Assembly: GCA_902474595.1 (NCBI GenBank)
Contig: CABRWD010000001.1
Span: 1 to 62,495 of the forward strand
Source: an uncultured Oscillospiraceae bacterium
GTDB lineage: Bacteria; Bacillota; Clostridia; Oscillospirales; Acutalibacteraceae
Reading direction: 5' to 3'
DNA: 62,495 nt
Shown here: positions 38,071-46,748 of the stretch, in pieces
How positions within the stretch are numbered: the stretch's first letter is position 1
Layout: every line of letters starts with the position of its first letter
Notes under the pieces: generated by a model
The model's input: the letters and a program-made list of their open reading frames with translations, nothing else
What the model was told of the DNA's origin: nothing
Databases searched by the model: none
Program-made: the position numbers and the translations under genes

Positions 38071-39402
38071 ATGGATGCGAAAACAATAAAAGAATATCAC
38101 AAGAAGTACAATCTTCAGTCCTGGTCTAAGCAGGCAAATATCAATCCCCTGCCTATAAAGGACGCCGAGGGCATTTATCTTTACGACTTTGACGGCAACC
38201 GCTACACCGATATGTCAAGCCAGCTTGTAAACCTAAATGTCGGTCACAAAAACCGTCAGATAATTGACGCTATCAAGGAGCAGGCGGAAAAGTACTGCTA
38301 TTTAGCCCCGTCCTACGCGTCAGAACCCCGAAGCGAGCTTGCAAAAATGATTATCGAGCTTATGCCCGATAATATGGCTAAGGTATTTTTCACCAACGGC
38401 GGCGCGGACGCTAATGAAAACGCGGTTAAAATTGCCCGTATGTATACGGGCAGGCAAAAGGTTTTCTCCCGCTACAGGAGCTACCACGGCTCAACCTACG
38501 GCGCGGGAAATCTTACGGGCGAGCCGCGGCGTTATCCCCTTGAACCGGGCGCACCGGGCTTTGTAAAGTTCTTCGACCCCTATGTTTACAGGGAGAAAAT
38601 AAGATTTAATTCCGAAAAAGAGGCGGCGGACTATTATGTCGCCAAGCTCCGCGAGCAGGTGATTTACGAGGGACCCGAATCTGTAGCCGCTATTGTGGTT
38701 GAGACGATAACAGGCTCAAACGGCGTTATTATCCCGCCCGAGGGGTATTTAAAGGGAGTCCGCGCAATCTGCGATGAGTTCGGCATTATGATGATATGCG
38801 ACGAGGTAATGGCGGGCTGGGGCAGAACAGGCAAAATGTTCGCCTTTGAAAACTTTGGTGTAAAGCCCGACATCGTTTCCTTTGCAAAGGGAGTCACCTG
38901 CGGATATGTTCAGTTAGGCGGCGTTTGCGTATCAAAGGCGATTTCGGAGTATTTCGACGACCACCTGCTCTCCTGCGGGCTTACCTACAGCGGTCATCCC
39001 CTTGCCTGCGCCGCCGGCGTTGCCTGCCTTAACTTCTACAAGGATTCTAATATCCTTGAAAATGTTAATAAATCGGGCAAGGCTTTGGGCGAGGCGCTTG
39101 AAGAAATGAAGCTTAAACACCCGAGCGTGGGAGATGTTAGATACATAGGTCTTTTCTCGGCGGTGGAGCTTGTAAAGGACAAGGAAACAAGAGAGCCCCT
39201 TGTCCCCTACGGCAAGGACCCCGAGGGCATTATGGGCAGACTTATAGGCGAACTTAAAAAGCGCGGCTTTATGACCTACTCCCACGAAAATATGATTATA
39301 ATAGCTCCCCCGCTTATCATAACGGTCGAGCAAATTAAAGAGGAGCTTTCAAAGCTTGACGAGGTATTGTATATCGCAGATGAAATTATCGGCAAGAGGT
39401 GA
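38071..39402 (+). CDS. class-III (omega) aminotransferase, candidate beta-alanine aminotransferase
   Basis: 443 aa with FTNGGADANENAVK, DEVMAGWGRTG and SFAKG (PLP lysine) motifs. Confidence 0.85.
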   Translation: MDAKTIKEYHKKYNLQSWSKQANINPLPIKDAEGIYLYDFDGNRYTDMSSQLVNLNVGHKNRQIIDAIKEQAEKYCYLAPSYASEPRSELAKMIIELMPDNMAKVFFTNGGADANENAVKIARMYTGRQKVFSRYRSYHGSTYGAGNLTGEPRRYPLEPGAPGFVKFFDPYVYREKIRFNSEKEAADYYVAKLREQVIYEGPESVAAIVVETITGSNGVIIPPEGYLKGVRAICDEFGIMMICDEVMAGWGRTGKMFAFENFGVKPDIVSFAKGVTCGYVQLGGVCVSKAISEYFDDHLLSCGLTYSGHPLACAAGVACLNFYKDSNILENVNKSGKALGEALEEMKLKHPSVGDVRYIGLFSAVELVKDKETREPLVPYGKDPEGIMGRLIGELKKRGFMTYSHENMIIIAPPLIITVEQIKEELSKLDEVLYIADEIIGKR

Positions 39403-39407
39403 GGAGT

Positions 39408-39803
39408 ATGTCAGGCGAGCATTTTAAAAATATGAAAAACGCAAATTTGTTCGACTGCCTTAAGCTTGAGCAGACCCGCCTTGTGCCCACCTCTCTCCGC
39501 CACATTCACGCGGGCTATTCCGAAGTACCGCTTGAATTTCACCTTAAGCCCGAAACGGTAAAAAAGCTGTCCTTTAAGGTTCCGTGGGGCGGTACTCTGT
39601 ACGGTTTTGTCCACCCGAAGGCGGCAATTAAGGAGCGCTTAGGGCTTAAATCAGATATTACCTGCGTTACCGTTTCGGACTGGGACGGCAGATTTGTACT
39701 GATTTTTGAAACCGAAAACGAGGCGGACGCGGCGGCGTACAATGTCTCCGAAAATGATGTTATAAAGCTTTTGGAAAACTGCTGTAAACCTATAGATTTT
39801 TAG
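39408..39803 (+). CDS. hypothetical protein (131 aa), no recognisable motif
   Basis: Open frame tightly packed between the aminotransferase stop (39402) and the amidohydrolase start (39820), same strand. Confidence 0.55.
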   Translation: MSGEHFKNMKNANLFDCLKLEQTRLVPTSLRHIHAGYSEVPLEFHLKPETVKKLSFKVPWGGTLYGFVHPKAAIKERLGLKSDITCVTVSDWDGRFVLIFETENEADAAAYNVSENDVIKLLENCCKPIDF

Positions 39804-39819
39804 AAAGGAAGAATGTCTT

Positions 39820-41082
39820 ATGTATAAATGCAGCGAAGAAAGAATGAAGGATAAAATTGAGACCTTTTCAAAATTCGGCGACGCGGGTCACGGCGGAATA
39901 ACAAGATATTCCCTGTCGGACGCGGCGGTTATGGCGCGCAAGGAGTTTGTCCGCCGTATGACGGCGATAGGCGCTAAGATTGAGACCGACGACCTTGCTA
40001 ATATGTACGCGACCTTAGAGGGTACCGACCCCTCGGCAAAGCGTATTGTAATGGCTTCCCATGTCGATTCGGTTAAAAACGGCGGAAACTATGACGGAAT
40101 ACTCGGCGTAATGTCGGCAATGGAGGTCTTAGAGACCGTTGCCGAGCAGAAAATCGAGCATAAGCACCCGCTTACCGCTATGATTTGGACAAACGAGGAG
40201 GGTTCGCTCTATCCGCCCGCTATGATGTGTTCGGGTATCGTCTGCTACGATTATCTTCCCGAGGACATCCGCCAGAAGTTTAAATACGAGGATATGATGG
40301 CTTCAAAGAGCATTCTCGATCCCACAAAAACCTTTGGCGACGCGCTTAATAAATCGGAATTCAAGGGTGATAAGGCAAACCGCATTTCCCCTGAAAAGTA
40401 TCAGTATATGTTTGAAACCCATATTGAGCAGGGTCCGATTCTCGAAGATAACGGCAAGGACATAGGCGTTGTGGACTGCGTCCTCGGTATGTTTAACTAC
40501 CGTGTAAGATTTTACGGTCAGACCGTTCACGCGGGTACATTCCCGATGCCGAAACGCCGCGACGCGCTTTACGCCGCCGCCGAAGCGCTCTGCTACCTGC
40601 ACACCGAAATCGATAAGCTGAATATTCCCGAGCTTGTTTACACCACGGGTGAAATCGTCTGCCACCCCTGCGTACACACCTGCGTTCCCGATTATGTGGA
40701 CTTTTCAATCGATGTACGCCACAAGGACGCCGACGCCCTCGAAAAGGTGCTCGCTGTAGTTAAAAGCTGCGGCGACAAAGAGTGGGCAGGCTGTAAATGC
40801 GAGGTAGAAAAGGCGTGGAACCGCGACACCGTTTACTGGAACGAAAAGCTTGTAGGCTACGTTGAGGAATCGGCTACAGAGTGCGGCATACCCCATATGC
40901 CCATACATTCGGGCGCAGGACACGATGCCCAGTTCGCCGCCTATATGCTGCCTACCACTATGGTTTTCGTGCAGTCCAAGGACGGACTTTCCCACTGCGA
41001 GCCTGAGTTCTCCTCTGTAAAGCATTGCACCGAGGGTGCAACCGTAATGCTTAACGCCGTGATTAAGGCGGATAAGGATTAA
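39820..41082 (+). CDS. M20-family amidohydrolase (beta-ureidopropionase / N-carbamoyl-amino-acid hydrolase / allantoate amidohydrolase type)
   Basis: GGITRYSLSD, ASHVDSVKNGGNYDGILGV, WTNEEGS and HSGAGHDAQ motifs, 420 aa. Confidence 0.85.
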   Translation: MYKCSEERMKDKIETFSKFGDAGHGGITRYSLSDAAVMARKEFVRRMTAIGAKIETDDLANMYATLEGTDPSAKRIVMASHVDSVKNGGNYDGILGVMSAMEVLETVAEQKIEHKHPLTAMIWTNEEGSLYPPAMMCSGIVCYDYLPEDIRQKFKYEDMMASKSILDPTKTFGDALNKSEFKGDKANRISPEKYQYMFETHIEQGPILEDNGKDIGVVDCVLGMFNYRVRFYGQTVHAGTFPMPKRRDALYAAAEALCYLHTEIDKLNIPELVYTTGEIVCHPCVHTCVPDYVDFSIDVRHKDADALEKVLAVVKSCGDKEWAGCKCEVEKAWNRDTVYWNEKLVGYVEESATECGIPHMPIHSGAGHDAQFAAYMLPTTMVFVQSKDGLSHCEPEFSSVKHCTEGATVMLNAVIKADKD

Positions 41083-41093
41083 GCCTGCAAATT

Positions 41094-41263
41094 GGGGCTG
41101 TAAAAAAACAAATCGGGGTTTGTAGGACTAATTAAAAATAGGCCCCCTTGCCTAAAGGGGGCTGTCGAGCGTAGCGAGACTGGGGGATACATAGGTTTGC
41201 AGAAGCCCAAATGTATCCCTCCACCGCCGTTCGGCGGTCCCCCTCCCTTTAGGCAAGGGAGGC
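41094..41263. repeat. composite palindromic repeat, family A copy 1
   Basis: ggggctgtaaaaaaaca, aaatcggggtttgtagg, then a long hairpin: cccccttgcctaaagggggctgtcgagcgtagcgagactggggga ... tccctcc..ccctccctttaggcaagggagg. Confidence 0.85.
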
Positions 41264-41322
41264 GTTTTTGTGCAAAATGTCTTTAAAGCAACAACCCCGT
41301 AACAATGAAAAGAGGTACATTT

Positions 41323-42477
41323 ATGTCACGGGAATTTTTTATACCTAAAAAAATACTGTCGGGTGACGGCGCCCTCGGCTCACTTCCGGAGCTTATAACA
41401 GACTGCGGCAAAAAGGCGCTTATTGTAACGGGCAAAAATGTAAGACAGCTTCCCTGTTTTACCGCTCTTTGCGATATGCTGACCAAAAGCTCCGTTGATT
41501 TTGCCGTATTTGACGGCATTACCGGCGAGCCTGACGATATTATGATAGATTCGGGAGCAGAAGCTTACAGCAAAGAAAACTGCGATTTCCTTATAGCGAT
41601 TGGCGGCGGAAGTCCTATTGACTCAATGAAAGCAATCGCGGTGAATGTCTCGGGTGAAAAGAATATCTGCGACTATTACGGACAGATTATAAATTTAAAG
41701 CTCCCCAAGATGATTGCAATTCCCACCACCGCGGGTACAGGCTCGGAGGCTACACAGTTCACCGTTATAACCGATACAAAGCGGGATATTAAAATGCTTT
41801 TAAAGGGGGCGGCTTTAGTTCCCGACATTGCGGTTGTGGACGGCTCTCTCGGTATATCCGCGCCTAAAACGGTCACCGCCAACACCGGTCTTGACGCGCT
41901 TACCCACGCGGTCGAGGCGTATACCTCCCGCCGCGCACAGCCCCTTACCGACAGCGTTTGCATTTCGGCGGTAAAGCGACTGTTTAAATATCTGCCTAAA
42001 GCATATGAGAACGGAAACGATTTGACCGCGCGGAACGAAACGGCGATTGCGGCGCTTGAGGCCGGGATTGCGATTAACAATTCCTCGGTTACAATAGTTC
42101 ACGGCATGAGCCGACCTATAGGCGCGCTCTACCACGTCCCCCACGGTCTTTCAAACGCTATGCTTTTATATAAGTGTATGTCCTTTGCAAAGGACGGCGC
42201 GGTTTCCCGCTTTGCAGAGCTTGCAAGGGCGGTAGGTAAAGCCCTGCCCGACACCGACGACAGCACCGCCGCCGACCTCTTTTTAGACGCTTTGGGTGAG
42301 CTTTGCAAGACCCTCCAAGTCCCAACACTTAAAGAGTACGGCATAAAAAGGCAAGATTTCTTTAATAATATCGATAAAATGGCAACCGACGCCCTTGCGA
42401 GCGGGAGTCCCGCCAACACCGTAAAAGAGGTAACAAAAGCGGATATAGTAAATATTTATCGTTCGCTGTTTGACTGA
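41323..42477 (+). CDS. iron-containing (group III) alcohol dehydrogenase, candidate malonic-semialdehyde reductase
   Basis: GGGSPIDSMKAIA, PTTAGTGSE and the HxxxH region (LTHAVEAY...VHGMSRP). I prefer the ATG at 41323 after aagagg; the track start is 41305. Confidence 0.85.
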   Translation: MSREFFIPKKILSGDGALGSLPELITDCGKKALIVTGKNVRQLPCFTALCDMLTKSSVDFAVFDGITGEPDDIMIDSGAEAYSKENCDFLIAIGGGSPIDSMKAIAVNVSGEKNICDYYGQIINLKLPKMIAIPTTAGTGSEATQFTVITDTKRDIKMLLKGAALVPDIAVVDGSLGISAPKTVTANTGLDALTHAVEAYTSRRAQPLTDSVCISAVKRLFKYLPKAYENGNDLTARNETAIAALEAGIAINNSSVTIVHGMSRPIGALYHVPHGLSNAMLLYKCMSFAKDGAVSRFAELARAVGKALPDTDDSTAADLFLDALGELCKTLQVPTLKEYGIKRQDFFNNIDKMATDALASGSPANTVKEVTKADIVNIYRSLFD

Positions 42478-42605
42478 TGATATGTGCAGATTATTATATA
42501 CAAATAATCGCTTATAAAATCAACAAATATTAATAACTTTTTTGTCGGATTGTTGTTTTACGGTACGAAAAGGTATTTTTTATGTAAGTTTTAGGATAAA
42601 AACGG

Positions 42606-42634
42606 TTGACAGCCAAGTTATACGGTGCTATTAT
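42606..42634 (+). promoter_or_regulatory. consensus-like sigma-A promoter with no downstream ORF
   Basis: TTGACA, 17 nt spacer, TATTAT, with a TGc extended -10 element. Confidence 0.35.
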
Positions 42635-42650
42635 ATATGCATAGAAGCAA

Positions 42651-42685
42651 AGGCGTTTCGGCTTTAGACCGAAGCGCCTTTTTTG
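42651..42685 (+). terminator. Rho-independent terminator
   Basis: aggcgtttcgg / ccgaagcgcct stem followed by tttttt. Confidence 0.7.
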
Positions 42686-42757
42686 TATTTTATGGTTCCT
42701 TTGCACAATTTGGGGCGTTTTTGACACTTAAGCCTTACGGGTGATTGACTAACCAAA

Positions 42758-42959
42758 GGCCCCCTTGTGTAAAGGGTGCGGGTGTCCGGTGGACACCGCC
42801 CAGAAGCAACAGCACCGACCGAGGTGGCAGCCGAGACGCTGTCAGCGTAGCTGACTGGGGGATTGTTTTGGAAACTTTAATTATATTGTTGATTTTTGTA
42901 TTAACAACAATCCCTCCGTCTCGACAAAGTCGAGCCACCTCCCTTTACACAAGGGAGGC
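42758..42959. repeat. composite palindromic repeat, family A variant carrying a family B insert
   Basis: ggcccccttgtgtaaaggg, then [tgcgggtgtccggtggacaccgcccagaagcaacagcaccgaccgaggtggcagccgagac], then gctgtcagcgtagctgactggggga ... tccctcc..cctccctttacacaagggaggc. Confidence 0.85.
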
Positions 42960-43015
42960 AAAATATCATATAACCCCAATATTAGAATTAGAATCTATTT
43001 TATAACGAAGGAAGG

Positions 43016-44341
43016 ATGAACAGAATGAATACACCTGTCGCTAATTCACGCGAGATAAACAAGCTTCTCGCAAGATACGGGGTAAAATTCGGAATTTACA
43101 AAAACGGAGTGTTCAACGAACAGCTTTTCCCGTTTGACGCGATTCCGAGGGTTATTACCTCGGCGGATTTTTCCAAAATGGAAAAGGGCCTCATACAAAG
43201 AGTGGACGCTCTAAATATGTTTTTGCGGGACATTTACTCCGACAGAAAAATTGTAAACGACGGCATTATTCCCGAGGATTTTGTTTATTCTTCAAAGGGC
43301 TACCTTGCCGCTTGCGCCGACCTTATTCCACCGAAGGGAATTTACAGTCATATTTCGGGGATAGATTTGGTTCAGGCAAAGGACGGGGAATGGTACATAC
43401 TTGAGGATAATTTAAGAATACCGTCGGGTGCCAGCTATCCCCTTATCGCAAGGGAAATTTGCCGAATGGCAAGCCCCGTTACATTTGAAAACAACCGAAT
43501 TGTTGACAACCGTAACTATGCCTCCCTCTTAAGTGAGACTATGAACCATGTCAACTGCGGCGGAATAAATGTCATACTTACCCCGGGAAGATATAACGCC
43601 GCGTATTTTGAGCACAGCTACCTTGCGGAAAAGACGGGCGCCGTACTTGCCCAGAACACCGACCTCTTTGTAGAGGACAATATACTGTATCTGATGGATT
43701 ATAACGGATGGAGAACAAAGGTAGGCGCAGTTTACCGCCGTATTTCGGACGAATATTTAGACCCCCTTACCTTCCTGCCCGAATCCCTTATAGGCGTGCC
43801 GCATATTATGGACGCTTTCCGCGCGGGAAATACCGCTATAATCAACGCTCCGGGCAACGGCGTGGCGGACGACAAGGGTATTTATTACTTCGTTCCTAAA
43901 ATGATAAAATATTACCTCGGGGAGGAGCCGATACTTAAAAACGCCCCGACCTATCTTCCCTTTTACGAAGAGGACAGAAAATATGTGCTCGACAATCTCG
44001 AAAAGCTTGTTGTTAAAGACGTTTCCGAGGCGGGCGGTTACGGCGTTGTCTTCGGCAGGGATATGACTAAGACCGAGCTTGAGGACTGGCGAAGGCTGAT
44101 AACCGAACAGTCGCGCCGGTTTATAGCGCAGGAGGTTATCGACTTTATCGATTTAGAGGTTACCGAAAACGACAAGACGGTTATGCGCAAGGCGGATTTA
44201 AGGGCCTTTGTGCTTTCGGGCGAAAAGACCCGCGTTTGGGCGAGCGGTCTTACCCGTTTTTCACGAAACGCGGATTCATTTGTTGTTAATTCATCTCAAG
44301 GAGGAGGCTTTAAAGACACATGGGTGCTATTACCAGAATAA
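43016..44341 (+). CDS. circularly permuted type-2 ATP-grasp protein
   Basis: LFPFDAIPRVITSADFSKMEKGLIQRVDALNMFLRDIYSDRKIVNDGIIP matches the CP_ATPgrasp_2 (DUF404/DUF407) pattern. The start may be the second ATG at 43025. Confidence 0.85.
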   Translation: MNRMNTPVANSREINKLLARYGVKFGIYKNGVFNEQLFPFDAIPRVITSADFSKMEKGLIQRVDALNMFLRDIYSDRKIVNDGIIPEDFVYSSKGYLAACADLIPPKGIYSHISGIDLVQAKDGEWYILEDNLRIPSGASYPLIAREICRMASPVTFENNRIVDNRNYASLLSETMNHVNCGGINVILTPGRYNAAYFEHSYLAEKTGAVLAQNTDLFVEDNILYLMDYNGWRTKVGAVYRRISDEYLDPLTFLPESLIGVPHIMDAFRAGNTAIINAPGNGVADDKGIYYFVPKMIKYYLGEEPILKNAPTYLPFYEEDRKYVLDNLEKLVVKDVSEAGGYGVVFGRDMTKTELEDWRRLITEQSRRFIAQEVIDFIDLEVTENDKTVMRKADLRAFVLSGEKTRVWASGLTRFSRNADSFVVNSSQGGGFKDTWVLLPE

Positions 44342-45015
44342 ACATTAACAATCTTTTTTGGCTCGGCAGATATGTTGAGCGGGTATTTATCACGCTTGAC
44401 AGCTTTTTCAAATATGCCGACAGGTTTATAGAGGGCGGGGAATCGGCATATATAAAATATCTAAACGATATAAGCGTGCCGAATATTTATGAAAATTCCC
44501 GGGATTTTTTTGAGCGCTATGTTTTCGACCTTTCCAATCCCGATTCCATTATAGCTAATTTGGACCGCGCGCTCGGTAACGGAATAGTTCTGCGGGAGGA
44601 GATAAAAACCCCGTCCCTTTCCTATCTGCAAATGGCTATGGATAAATTCAAAAAGTGCGAGGGAACAAACAAAATCAGGTACGATATGCTTCCCGTCCGG
44701 GACGCGCTGTACGCCTTTTGGGGCAGCGCTGACAGCAATATGACAAATGAAGCCGCCCGCAGAATAATCCATCTCGGAAAAGCTGTGGAGCGAATAGATA
44801 TGTATTTGCGGTTGGGTTTCCCCTCGGAAAGTATTTCATCGGAGCTTAACAATCTGCTTAAGCATATTTCAAGATATGCCGGTGACAGTACCTTTATTAA
44901 CAATGAAGCCTTTGAAGAATTAAAGGCATATGCTATAAACAGTACAAGCTTTGAAAAGAACCGAGACGGCGTTCTTGCAAGCGTAGAAAGTCTTATTGAG
45001 GTGAACGATTTTTGA
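44320..45015 (+). CDS. alpha-E domain protein
   Basis: N-terminal NNLFWLGRYVERVFITLD signature. It overlaps the ATP-grasp gene by 22 nt. At 231 aa it is shorter than I expect for this family. Confidence 0.8.
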   Translation: MGAITRININNLFWLGRYVERVFITLDSFFKYADRFIEGGESAYIKYLNDISVPNIYENSRDFFERYVFDLSNPDSIIANLDRALGNGIVLREEIKTPSLSYLQMAMDKFKKCEGTNKIRYDMLPVRDALYAFWGSADSNMTNEAARRIIHLGKAVERIDMYLRLGFPSESISSELNNLLKHISRYAGDSTFINNEAFEELKAYAINSTSFEKNRDGVLASVESLIEVNDF

Positions 45016-45788
45016 GAAGTCTCAGGTTTGAATATGAAACAAGGCTTGATTTTTCCTGCTGTGTAACCGAGCACAGCTTTTCGCTGAGATGTATGCCCTT
45101 TTCGGACGGAAGACAGACAGTAGCCGAGCCGATATGCGAAATATCGCCCGAGCCCGAGAGCGTTTGGTACAGCCGCGACAGCTTCGGGAACACGGTCATC
45201 TGCGGAAAAAACAGTCAGCCGCATTTAAGCTTTTCCTTTAGGGTGTACGGAGAAGCGAGAATAGCAAACTCCAACAAGGTTTTAGGCTCCGCACAGCCCT
45301 TTTACAGATTTTATTCCCCGCTTACACAGCCGGGCGTGGCATTGACGGAATTTTATGCAGAACACAAGCCGACAGGCTCCGGCATTCTCGCAAGAGCCGA
45401 GGAGCTTTGCAACAGCGTTTATGAGAGTATGACCTACAAAAAGGGTTGTACAGGCGTTGATACCACGGCTGAAGCGGCAATGAAAATGAAAGCGGGCGTA
45501 TGTCAGGATTACGCCCATATTCTGCTGTCACTTCTCAGAACAGACGGCATTTGCTGCCGATATGTGGCGGGGCTTGCCTTTGAATCGGGCGAGACCCACG
45601 CTTGGGTTGAGGTAAACGACGGCGGCGGCTGGATAGGAATCGACCCTACCCATAACAGATTTATAAGCGACAGCTCTATAAAGCTTTGTCACGGCCGCGA
45701 TTATTCCGACTGCCCTATTGAGCGGGGTATCTATCTTGGAAACGCCGTCAGCCTTCAAACCGTGTATTCGAGGGTTTCGGAAATCTGA
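45012..45788 (+). CDS. transglutaminase-like cysteine protease-fold protein with Bact_transglu_N-type N-terminus
   Basis: GVCQDYAHILLSLLR (Cys), THAWVEV (His) and IDPTH (Asp) form the triad. A TTGA start/stop overlap links it to the alpha-E gene. Confidence 0.85.
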   Translation: MRSLRFEYETRLDFSCCVTEHSFSLRCMPFSDGRQTVAEPICEISPEPESVWYSRDSFGNTVICGKNSQPHLSFSFRVYGEARIANSNKVLGSAQPFYRFYSPLTQPGVALTEFYAEHKPTGSGILARAEELCNSVYESMTYKKGCTGVDTTAEAAMKMKAGVCQDYAHILLSLLRTDGICCRYVAGLAFESGETHAWVEVNDGGGWIGIDPTHNRFISDSSIKLCHGRDYSDCPIERGIYLGNAVSLQTVYSRVSEI

Positions 45789-45803
45789 AAGGGGAAAATC
45801 CAA

Positions 45804-46748
45804 ATGACTACAGTTATTGCGAGCGCGGGTCTTGCCGTAAATGAGCGCATAGAAATACGCCGCAACAGAATACAGAATCTCGACCACAAAAGTCCTTCAA
45901 ACAAACGGGTGTGCATAGTTTCGGGAACCCACGGCGACGAGCTGGAGGGTCAGTATGTCTGCGCTAAGGCGGCGCAGATACTAAGAGACAATATATCCAG
46001 CTTAAACGGAACCGTGGATATATATCCCGCGCTTAATCCATTGGGAATCGACAGCATAAACAGGGGCATCCCGCTTTTCGACCTTGATATGAACAGGATT
46101 TTTCCTGGTACTGCCGACGGAACGATGGCGGAATGTATTGCCGCCGATATAATAGACGATATAAGCGGGGCGGATATATGTATAGACATACATTCGAGTA
46201 ATATTTATCTAAAAGAAATTCCTCAAATCAGAATAAACGAAATAAGCGCGGAGGAGCTTGTACCCTACGCAAAGCTTTTAAACTGCGACTTTATATGGGT
46301 TCATTCCTCCGCAACGGTGCTTGAAAGCACCTTAGCCTACAGCCTTAATACGACAGGCACAAAGACTCTCGTGGTTGAAATGGGGGTCGGAATGAGGATT
46401 ACAAGCGAATACTGCAAACAGCTTACGGCGGGTATTTTTAATCTTTTAAAGGAGCTCGGAATGTGGCAGGGCGAAACCGAGCCGGTCAAAAGCCCCATCA
46501 TTTCAAGCGACCATGAGGTTGCCTTTGTAAACAGCGGTGCAGACGGCATTTTTGTCCCCTCGGTCGGGCATTGGGTGGATATTAAAAAGGGCGAGCATAT
46601 CGGCGATGTAATAGACCCTGTGACCGGCAAAACAGAGGAATATGTAACCGCTCCCTGCGGCGGTAAAATATTTACATTAAGGGAATTTCCCATAGTCTAC
46701 GGCGGCTCGCTTATCGCGCGTATTTTGGGAGGAAAAACAGATGCGTAA
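45804..46748 (+). CDS. succinylglutamate desuccinylase/aspartoacylase (AstE-AspA, M14-like) family protein, metal site intact
   Basis: VCIVSGTHGDELEG (HxxE) and CIDIHSS (third ligand). Confidence 0.8.
   Translation: MTTVIASAGLAVNERIEIRRNRIQNLDHKSPSNKRVCIVSGTHGDELEGQYVCAKAAQILRDNISSLNGTVDIYPALNPLGIDSINRGIPLFDLDMNRIFPGTADGTMAECIAADIIDDISGADICIDIHSSNIYLKEIPQIRINEISAEELVPYAKLLNCDFIWVHSSATVLESTLAYSLNTTGTKTLVVEMGVGMRITSEYCKQLTAGIFNLLKELGMWQGETEPVKSPIISSDHEVAFVNSGADGIFVPSVGHWVDIKKGEHIGDVIDPVTGKTEEYVTAPCGGKIFTLREFPIVYGGSLIARILGGKTDA

Noticed and set aside
42735-43005. Track ORFs 42745..43005 (+) and 42735..42938 (-), and similarly 58892..59251 (+) and 59071..59313 (-)
   Set aside because: They are translations of the palindromic and REP-like repeats. 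Both strands are open because of the inverted-repeat symmetry, there is no RBS, and the composition is low-complexity (G/R/P/S-rich). I treat them as non-coding repeat DNA.
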